Source: a virus
Lineage: Duplodnaviria; Heunggongvirae; Uroviricota; Caudoviricetes
Strand: one strand, 5' to 3'
Virus record (IMG/VR): IMGVR_UViG_2574180227_000018
DNA length: 6,635 nt
The notes beneath the pieces were generated by a model. The model was given only the letters and a program-made list of their open reading frames with translations, searched no databases and was not told the origin of the DNA. The position numbers and the translations under genes were made by a program. Within the stretch, counting starts at the first letter, position 1. Every line of letters starts with the position of its first letter. Below, one piece after another: positions 1 through 5,587 of this stretch.

Positions 1-1053
1 TTAAACTTCGTTTAACGCTTCCTGTATTCTTCGACCAATCCATTTCATGACCGGTACAGGCATTGAATTTCCAATGGCCTTATAACGATGAGCTGGAGAT
101 GAATTTTTCCATGGAATATCTGTATATCCATCGGGAAAACCTTGTAGCCTCTCGCATTCGGTTGGCGTCAACCTACGAACCCTTGAATATGGCGCTCTTT
201 CAACTATGAGCCCACCAGACATAGTCATGTCCTGGTTAGTTGTTCCGTTATAGCCAGCTATTACTGTGCCTGTTCGTTTTGGCAATGCTTCAAGGCAATA
301 TCGGTGCAATTTTCCTTCAATGCCTTGATCAAGAAGGGATTCGGATTTTTTCTTCTTTCCGTAATAGTTTTTATCGCCCTGCGACACAGGCGGGAACTCA
401 AATAATACCTTTCCGGGATCGAGCCTTTTTCCAGCACTTGCCACAACAAACACTCTTCTGCGAGCCTGGGCGACTCCGAAATATTGGGCATCAAGTACTC
501 GCCAGGCGACGATACGCGATGGTCCAGACACAACACCAGCGTTTGCCCATCTTTTCCTTGCTGGCTGTAATGCGCAACCTGCTCCGGCCAGCGCACCAAG
601 AAAATGACCGAATGCATTGTCATGGCTACTTAAAACTCCTGTGACGTTTTCCCATACGATTATTGAGGGGGATTTATTGAGCGATGCCCGAACGGTATCT
701 ATCTGATTCGCCAGTTCAACAAAAGACAGTGTTAACTGCCCCCGTGGATCTGAAAGGCCTTTTCGTTTGCCTGACATACTGAATGCCTGACACGGAGTTC
801 CACCTACAAGAATATCTGGTGCTTCAATAAGCCCATCCCTGATACGAGGCGCAAGCAAAGCCATATCACCAAGATTTGGTATATGGGGCCAGCGATATGA
901 AAGAAGTGTTGACGGGAAGTCCTCTATTTCACTGAACCATCTGGCTTTCCAGCCAAGATTGCTCCAGGCTACTGTCGCAGCTTCAATACCACTGCATACT
1001 GAACCATAGGTTAGTGACTTATCAGACTGAAAGTAATGTTTCTTGTTCCCCAC
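1..1053 (-). CDS. DNA (cytosine-5)-methyltransferase, phage-type, complete (GTG start at 1053, stop codon at 1-3)
   Basis: 350-aa ORF carrying C5-MTase motifs in canonical order: catalytic PCQ (GGTPCQAFS), ENV (VWENVTG), QxRxR (QARRRVFVV), and C-terminal RRLTPTECERLQGFPDGYT and AIGNSMPVPV. Gly-rich N-terminal motif I-like stretch (VCSGIEAA). SD-like AAGGAAA lies 7 nt upstream of the GTG. Short target-recognition region between motifs VIII and IX. Confidence 0.9.
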   Translation of the reverse strand: MGNKKHYFQSDKSLTYGSVCSGIEAATVAWSNLGWKARWFSEIEDFPSTLLSYRWPHIPNLGDMALLAPRIRDGLIEAPDILVGGTPCQAFSMSGKRKGLSDPRGQLTLSFVELANQIDTVRASLNKSPSIIVWENVTGVLSSHDNAFGHFLGALAGAGCALQPARKRWANAGVVSGPSRIVAWRVLDAQYFGVAQARRRVFVVASAGKRLDPGKVLFEFPPVSQGDKNYYGKKKKSESLLDQGIEGKLHRYCLEALPKRTGTVIAGYNGTTNQDMTMSGGLIVERAPYSRVRRLTPTECERLQGFPDGYTDIPWKNSSPAHRYKAIGNSMPVPVMKWIGRRIQEALNEV

Positions 1054-1207
1054 GGCAGGATTTCCTTGTGTATGTGGGGTGCTCTGTGGCGCTCTGAGAT
1101 GTGATTTGATTGAGGGTTTTGCAGCGCGGACATTTTACTTCCAGATAACTGAAACTGGCCCGTGCCAGTAGCTTATTGCAGTGTCGGCACCGTATGTTTC
1201 GATACAT
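1022..1207 (-). CDS. com: Com-like C4 zinc-finger protein (phage Mu Com family translational activator); overlaps the methyltransferase start by 32 nt
   Basis: Translation MYRNIRCRHCNKLLARASFSYLEVKCPRCKTLNQI...EHPTYTRKSC has two CxxC knuckles with Mu Com-like spacing and flanking residues (IRCxxCNKLL, CPRCK, EHPT), as I recall the Mu Com sequence. ATG at 1207 is preceded by AGGAGG with 10-nt spacing; the ORF track's longer form (to 1252) starts on a non-ATG codon with no SD. Its 3' end overlaps the downstream DNA-modification gene, as com does with mom. Confidence 0.7.
   Translation of the reverse strand: MYRNIRCRHCNKLLARASFSYLEVKCPRCKTLNQITSQSATEHPTYTRKSCRGEQETLLSV
1048..1079 (-). promoter_or_regulatory. 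mRNA hairpin sequestering the methyltransferase GTG start; SD lies in the loop
   Basis: Inverted repeat ccccac (1048-1053) and gtgggg (1074-1079). In the minus-strand mRNA the 6-bp GC-rich stem pairs CCCCAC with GUGGGG, which is the GTG start plus the next codon. The 20-nt loop contains the AAGGAAA SD. Confidence 0.35.
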
Positions 1208-1616
1208 GGCCGCATAACCTCCTGCTTTGTTGTTGATGCCTTTCTCATGCAATCGATCGACAAAAACGATCGATTCGGTTTGTTTAATTGATACAACAAA
1301 TAGATTGAAAAGTCATCAACAATGATTCAGGGCGGTGATTATTTACTTAAAGAAAACGAAGAGTTAGGTGGTGAAAACGATCATAAAATGATCATTTTAT
1401 TGACTTTTTATACAGTGAAGGTAGGATTGTGCGTATATGTAGTATGTTTCAAATCAATGGGATACTACATACATAAAGGGCGACCCAGATAGCGCGAACT
1501 ATTCTGGGCCGATTTAGACAATTTTGCATCAATGCTTTACTTCGAGCTCGTGGCGTATCCTATGATATTCCCCGGTCTCCTGTAAAGCAGAGATGCATAA
1601 AAAGGAGATCTTTATC
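1208..1616. promoter_or_regulatory. Divergent intergenic regulatory region containing four GATC (Dam) sites in two close pairs
   Basis: AT-rich 409-bp region between divergent com (minus) and the small + strand gene. GATC at 1255-1258 and 1268-1271 sit in repeated TCGATCGA and CGATCGAT contexts; GATC at 1379-1382 and 1390-1393 sit in the inverted repeat GATCATAAAATGATCA. TTGACT at 1400-1405 is a possible -35 for the + strand gene. Promoters not confidently placed. Confidence 0.3.
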
Positions 1617-1787
1617 ATGGATAAAGAGCCTGTTTACCCTGCCTGTAAGACTCCCTTACAGCTCATCTATCGCCGTTCTCGATCTCAAAATGGCAAGACA
1701 TACAAACCAAAAAATGCTTCCTGTTTCAGGATGCTGATATGCCCTGCCTGTTCTCCCCAGAGGGAAAATACACAAAACGTGCATTAA
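1617..1787 (+). CDS. Hypothetical small Cys-containing protein (56 aa from ATG 1617; ORF track gives 64 aa from 1593)
   Basis: AAAGGAG SD at 1601-1607, 9 nt before ATG 1617. Product MDKEPVYPACKTPLQLIYRRSRSQNGKTYKPKNASCFRMLICPACSP has a CPxC knuckle plus two more Cys and is basic. No family recognised. Confidence 0.45.
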   Translation: MDKEPVYPACKTPLQLIYRRSRSQNGKTYKPKNASCFRMLICPACSPQRENTQNVH

Positions 1788-1796
1788 CAAATTCCC

Positions 1797-1816
1797 CCGG
1801 CAGGGAAACCTGCCGG
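1797..1816. terminator. Hairpin between convergent stop codons (8-bp stem, GAAA loop)
   Basis: ccggcagg gaaa cctgccgg lies between the + gene stop (1785-1787) and the minus gene stop (1826-1828). Flanking U-tracts are weak on both strands. Confidence 0.4.
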
Positions 1817-1825
1817 TCGGTATTG

Positions 1826-2071
1826 TTACATCATAGTACCGTCAGTTCCGGGCTGAACCGGCTCTGGTTGCTCTACGGGTTGAGGAGCATTTTCCGTGCT
1901 GTTTTCAGCCGGAGAACGGCCAACCATTCGGGCCAGCACTTCATCAACATATGCGTCGATTTGTGCCTCAAAATCCTTGCGAACCTGCGCCTTCAGCACG
2001 CGGTTCACTTCTTCAGAATAAAGTGCCTGTTTGACAAGCTCTTCAGTAACCGTGCCTTTAATCTCTGGCAT
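1826..2071 (-). CDS. Hypothetical protein, 81 aa (helical N-terminal half, Pro/Glu/Gln-rich acidic tail)
   Basis: Strong SD AAGGAG 7 nt upstream of ATG 2071. Protein-like composition. Starts 35 bp downstream of the 60-aa gene, so likely co-transcribed with it. Confidence 0.6.
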   Translation of the reverse strand: MPEIKGTVTEELVKQALYSEEVNRVLKAQVRKDFEAQIDAYVDEVLARMVGRSPAENSTENAPQPVEQPEPVQPGTDGTMM

Positions 2072-2106
2072 GAATATTCTCCTTTTGCAGGTATATTGCC
2101 CCGTTA

Positions 2107-2289
2107 TCAGAGCGGGGTCGGGTCGTTTGGGGATGATGGTGCCTGTGCTGTTTTACTGAGCTTTTCGGCTGCTGCGTCATCAATTTTGCGGCGAATATAA
2201 TTTCTGATGACCTTATAACCGCCGCTCACCAGATATAACGCACTGACCACAGCGCAGAAATAAAGCAGCATTGTATGAACGAATGTCAT
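2107..2289 (-). CDS. Hypothetical small membrane protein, 60 aa (one N-terminal transmembrane helix, charged C-terminal tail)
   Basis: SD TAAGG upstream of ATG 2289. Hydrophobic segment LLYFCAVVSALYLVSGG followed by KVIRNYIRRK. Confidence 0.5.
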   Translation of the reverse strand: MTFVHTMLLYFCAVVSALYLVSGGYKVIRNYIRRKIDDAAAEKLSKTAQAPSSPNDPTPL

Positions 2290-2358
2290 ATAACCTTACC
2301 TTTGATATTGACTACATAATTCGTTATCGGGTAAAAACATGACGAAGTGACTGGTAAC

Positions 2359-2384
2359 TACTCCTTCGGGAGTATTTTTATTTT
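2359..2384 (+). terminator. Intrinsic terminator-like hairpin, + strand orientation (6-bp stem, UUCG tetraloop, T-tract)
   Basis: tactcc ttcg ggagta followed by tttttatttt. The U-tract follows the hairpin only on the + strand. Confidence 0.4.
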
Positions 2385-2403
2385 CCTTTATGGGTTAGGT
2401 AGC

Positions 2404-2440
2404 TCCCGCCAGCCATATCATGACCGGCGGGATTTTTTTT
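2404..2440 (+). terminator. Intrinsic terminator-like hairpin, + strand orientation (7-bp GC stem, T8 tract)
   Basis: tcccgcc, a 15-nt loop, ggcggga, then tttttttt (2433-2440). On the minus strand the hairpin sits just after the esterase stop but has no following U-tract. Confidence 0.4.
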
Positions 2441-4478
2441 ATTCTGTTACCGCTTTTTTCACTTCCACCACAATGCTGTCAATCAGCACCGGGTAAGTTG
2501 CATTTTTGGTGATATCCGTTACGCGGAGTTTGTCCACCGGGAAAGTTCCTACTGGTGACTGCGTCAGGGTAAACGCGGCACCATCCTGACCATCAATAAC
2601 CGGAATAACCTGAAGGCTGTTATTTCCTGCAAAACGGAAGGCCAGCGTATGCCATTCATTATCAAATACACCAAAGGTTCCCAGTTTCTGGTTATTTGTT
2701 GCCACTTTTGCATTGTGGTGCATCACATTCAGGTCTTTTGCGTCTGTCTGGATGTAGAACGATGCCAGCAGATTATTCCCTGCATCCCCTGTCAGGGTGA
2801 CACCCTGCGGCAGAGAGGAAACCGGCCAGTAAAGCGCCATGACATACTGGTTTGCCACCAGGTCGCCAGGTACTTTAAAACGACAACTGATTAAACCACC
2901 ATTTTTCAGCAGTTCAGCACCAGTACCGGCATCATGATCCAGATACCAGGATGATTTACCTGTTTCCTTGGTCAGTTTCATTGCCTTACCACCTGTGCCT
3001 CCTGCATCACTGATAATTTCAGCTTTACCGCCAGCCGGCTCCCAGCCCTGGGCTTTCAGATTTCCTTCTGACTCACTGACACGGTAAGACAGCAGTGTTG
3101 TGGTTACTGCTTCAGTTTCTGAAGGTGACGGCACTGGTGCTTCAGTTTCAGAAGATGGAACATCGGCTTTTACTGTGGTTCGCCCTGCATGAGTCAGAAC
3201 AGCCGTGGCCAGACGGTCGGAAATAATCCCACGACGTGCCCATGAACTGAAATGGCTGGCCCGGCCCGCAGATGTCCAGGTGGCGGCACTGTTACGCCAC
3301 GTTGAGCCGTAATAACCAATGGATTCAATATCCGGGTCTTCTGTCGGATTGTTGGTGGGTACATTCGCGCCATTTTCATCTGTCATTAATGGGACGAAAT
3401 GAATGTTTTTATCTGTTTTATTTTTGTAGCCGTCATAGATTGCCTGGTATGCCTGTTCGTTTTTCTGTTTCCAGAAATACGTGGTATCGCCACAAATCCA
3501 CGGAACGCCAGCAGCACTGCCACCGGTACACTGTTCCGCCTGTTCAGCCAAGTCTGCGCGGAATTTTTCCACCATCGCCAGAAACAGCGCGGAATGCTCC
3601 GTCGGCTTCGCATCAATATCAAACTCGCCCTGCATCCACACCACAGCAAGCAGGCGGTTTTTCGGGTTCTTCGCCAGTGCCGCTTTTGTCCGGCTGATTA
3701 AGTCCTTATACAGCGGCTTATCCACACCCCAGCGGGCTGAGTCCTCTGAAGCACCCGTGCTGTCACTGTACGTGCCGTCAGCACCCGCCGTGAATGCAGA
3801 ACCACCACGGCAGCAGGGAACCAGCAGAATCCCCGCATCTGCCGGAATAAACGGCAGCAGTTTTTTGGCAATGTGAAGCCCCTGACCCACGGTGCCATAT
3901 TGCCCTTTAGCCACATCCGCTTTCGGGTGATTTTTTCCACTCATATCCTGCACATCATGCAGACAGTGGTCGGCCAGAATGATGTCGTTATACTGACAGG
4001 CTTTACCTCCCGGCGTGACTGTACTGCGACGGGCTAACTGCATAATACGCGGTTCGGGGTGGTCATATGTCTCCGGCAGCGGCAGACCTTCACCGTAGGC
4101 CATCCCGTTTGACTGACCAGCAAGAACCACCACGTAATACCAGGAAGGGGAGCTGGAAGCAGTTTCATTTCCTGACGGACGGGTATGTGTTTCAGCATTA
4201 TCCCAGTCTGACGGTTCAGCAGTACCGGCAACATCAGCACTTAACGGAATGACAGCACCAATACCCGCACCGGTAATTTCCACGCTCGGATCACCGGATA
4301 CTGGCCTTACCCACAGGCAATCCCGTGTATTAAAACTGATGAGACAGTCAGCAAATGTCATTCCTCCTTTTGTTTCGGCCGGAGGAAAGGGAGCCTCAAG
4401 AAATGCCGCTGTACCACCGGAAACTTTAACAGTAAAGTTTCCGGGCATTGATGATAGTTGAACCCATTTGGACGTCAT
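2439..4478 (-). CDS. SGNH/SASA-family carbohydrate esterase (sialate O-acetylesterase-like, prophage NanS-p-like architecture), 679 aa, three domains
   Basis: GQSN catalytic-serine motif in VVVLAGQSNGMAYGEG and a downstream WMQGEFD block, typical of sialate O-acetylesterase/SASA domains. About 110 aa of N-terminal domain, a Ser/Pro/Glu/Thr linker with tandem SETEA repeats, and about 250 aa of C-terminal Gly/Thr-rich, probably beta-rich domain. No signal peptide. ATG at 4478. Confidence 0.8.
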   Translation of the reverse strand: MTSKWVQLSSMPGNFTVKVSGGTAAFLEAPFPPAETKGGMTFADCLISFNTRDCLWVRPVSGDPSVEITGAGIGAVIPLSADVAGTAEPSDWDNAETHTRPSGNETASSSPSWYYVVVLAGQSNGMAYGEGLPLPETYDHPEPRIMQLARRSTVTPGGKACQYNDIILADHCLHDVQDMSGKNHPKADVAKGQYGTVGQGLHIAKKLLPFIPADAGILLVPCCRGGSAFTAGADGTYSDSTGASEDSARWGVDKPLYKDLISRTKAALAKNPKNRLLAVVWMQGEFDIDAKPTEHSALFLAMVEKFRADLAEQAEQCTGGSAAGVPWICGDTTYFWKQKNEQAYQAIYDGYKNKTDKNIHFVPLMTDENGANVPTNNPTEDPDIESIGYYGSTWRNSAATWTSAGRASHFSSWARRGIISDRLATAVLTHAGRTTVKADVPSSETEAPVPSPSETEAVTTTLLSYRVSESEGNLKAQGWEPAGGKAEIISDAGGTGGKAMKLTKETGKSSWYLDHDAGTGAELLKNGGLISCRFKVPGDLVANQYVMALYWPVSSLPQGVTLTGDAGNNLLASFYIQTDAKDLNVMHHNAKVATNNQKLGTFGVFDNEWHTLAFRFAGNNSLQVIPVIDGQDGAAFTLTQSPVGTFPVDKLRVTDITKNATYPVLIDSIVVEVKKAVTE

Positions 4479-4577
4479 AATAATCAGCCTGTTCCTGAAT
4501 AAACAGAATTATCATATCCACAGACCGATAAACGCCATTTTGCGTTAATTCAGTAAAGGCCCAACAAAGAGAGCGTC

Positions 4578-5138
4578 TTATTTTTCCGAAACGCTCGCAG
4601 GATAATAACGATAAAGGGTTGAAAGGCCGATATCAAAAATAAGTGCCACCTGTCTTCGGCTGACACCCCCGGCCAGTAAACGCCCGACCTGCTCGTATTG
4701 TTCCTGCGTGAGACGACGGGGTCTGCCGCCGGTTCGTCCCCTTTCACGGGCAGCAGCAAGACCAGCCCGTGTCCGTTCGACAATCAATTCACGCTCCATT
4801 TCTGCCAGCGCACCCATTATGTGAAAAAAGAAGCGCCCCATGGGGGTTGACGTATCAATGTTGTCAGTAAGACTACGAAAATTTATCCCCTGTTGCTGTA
4901 ATTCATCTGTCAGCGCAACAAGGTGGCGCATACTGCGCCCCAGCCTGTCCAGTTTCCAGACCATCAGTGTGTCGCCGGGTTTTAGTTTCTTCAGTGCCCG
5001 CTTCAGTCCCGGCCGCTGCGTCGTTTTACCACTCATTTTGTCTTCAAAAATCTGCTCACATCCTGCACATTCCAGCGCATTTCTTTGTAAACCTGTGTTC
5101 TGGTCATTTGTTGATACGCGTATATAGCCAATCAGCAT
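4578..5138 (-). CDS. pin: Serine recombinase, DNA invertase of the Pin/Gin/Hin/Cin family, 186 aa
   Basis: N-terminus MLIGYIRVSTNDQNTGLQ carries the catalytic Ser motif. Resolvase-type catalytic domain (VWKLDRLGRS, MGALAEMERELI) and C-terminal HTH (GGVSRRQVALIFDIGLSTLYRY). SD AAGGAAGG 7 nt upstream of the ATG. Immediately adjacent to an inverted-repeat-bounded segment. Confidence 0.95.
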   Translation of the reverse strand: MLIGYIRVSTNDQNTGLQRNALECAGCEQIFEDKMSGKTTQRPGLKRALKKLKPGDTLMVWKLDRLGRSMRHLVALTDELQQQGINFRSLTDNIDTSTPMGRFFFHIMGALAEMERELIVERTRAGLAAARERGRTGGRPRRLTQEQYEQVGRLLAGGVSRRQVALIFDIGLSTLYRYYPASVSEK

Positions 5139-5192
5139 GTATTTACCTTCCTTAAAAAGAGGTGGAAATGCTTTTTAAAGCAGATATACGGC

Positions 5193-5218
5193 ATCCCTGA
5201 AACCTCGGTTTACGGGAA
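5193..5218. other. Left inversion crossover site (gix/pix-like: two 12-bp half-sites around central TC at 5205-5206)
   Basis: atccctgaaacc tc ggtttacgggaa is an imperfect palindrome resembling the gix/hix core (AAACC-TC-GGTTT). An identical 26-bp copy lies inverted at the right edge. Confidence 0.7.
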
Positions 5219-5226
5219 ACGGTAAA
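5201..5226. repeat. Inverted repeat, left arm (26 bp, perfect match to reverse complement of 6610-6635)
   Basis: aacctcggtttacgggaaacggtaaa compared by eye with the reverse complement of the last 26 bases of the window. Confidence 0.85.
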
Positions 5227-5587
5227 CAGGGCGGCGAATGCCCTGCCATCGAACGGAACGGCCGTTGCCGCGAACAGGCTGGCAAATGCCCACACAATTA
5301 ATGGTGTTCCCTTTGACGGAACGCAGGATATCAACATTACCTCCGGTATGACCGAAGCTGCTGCTGATAACAAATACGTTCGCAACGTTCAGCTTGGTGC
5401 CCAGAGTTACCATTCACCCGGAGGTAATGAAATGTCCTGGAGTTATGGCGCGCCTTCCGGTTGTATGCTTTCAGGTATTAACGTGCAGGAGACCGGGAGA
5501 AATTCAGCCGATAATATCGGAGGCGTTTATTACCGTCCGGTGCAGATATATATCGGTAATGCCTGGCGCACAGTTTCATCCGTCTGA
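5201..5587 (+). CDS. Silent alternative tail-fiber C-terminal cassette (Sv'-like); no start of its own in this orientation
   Basis: Open frame begins right after a TGA at 5198-5200 and runs through the recombination site to the stop at 5585-5587. The encoded NLGLRETVNRAANALPSNGTAVAANRLA...INGVPFDGTQDINITSGM... parallels the minus-strand fiber C-terminus (NLGLRETVNKAADALPSGGTAVAANRLA...INGVPFDGTRDINITSGM...), and the ends are similar (VYYRPVQIYIGNAW versus VYYRQIQYCINGNW). Confidence 0.7.
   Translation, partial: NLGLRETVNRAANALPSNGTAVAANRLANAHTINGVPFDGTQDINITSGMTEAAADNKYVRNVQLGAQSYHSPGGNEMSWSYGAPSGCMLSGINVQETGRNSADNIGGVYYRPVQIYIGNAWRTVSSV

Noticed and set aside
240-644. ORFs of 134 aa (+, 240-644) and 120 aa (-, 261-623) inside the methyltransferase gene
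   Set aside because: They are antisense or alternate-frame overlaps of a well-supported motif-bearing CDS, with Arg/Leu/Ser/Cys-rich composition typical of spurious frames and no RBS.
1-1053. Possibility of a complete restriction-modification system
   Set aside because: No candidate restriction endonuclease ORF lies adjacent within the window, and the Com-overlap arrangement points to a phage self-protective orphan methyltransferase. It cannot be excluded for sequence left of position 1.
1739-2200. 153-aa + strand ORF spanning the small-gene region
   Set aside because: It is antisense to the 81-aa and 60-aa minus-strand genes, which have strong SDs. Its composition is non-protein-like (rich in R, L, S, F, C, H) and it has no RBS.
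2433-2440. T8 homopolymer as a slipped-strand phase-variation tract
   Set aside because: It overlaps only the stop codon of the esterase and otherwise lies outside coding sequence, and it is better explained as the U-tract of the adjacent hairpin terminator.
2649-4461. Multiple 60-141 aa ORFs on both strands inside the esterase gene (2649-2894, 3194-3379, 3272-3697, 3386-3649, 3399-3701, 3481-3876, 3698-3940, 4034-4240, 4067-4252, 4249-4461)
   Set aside because: All are nested within, or antisense to, the long 679-aa frame that carries recognisable catalytic motifs. They are treated as frame shadows.
2439-4478. Interpreting the 679-aa protein as a tailspike or structural tail protein
   Set aside because: No recognisable N-terminal tail-attachment or fibre-like repeat region, and it is separated from the fibre genes by the invertase. 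An enzymatic cargo esterase is the better-supported reading, though virion association is not excluded.
4550-5155. ORFs overlapping the invertase gene (4550-4783 minus, 4840-5127 plus, 4967-5155 plus)
   Set aside because: They are alternate-frame or antisense overlaps of a highly conserved serine recombinase CDS.
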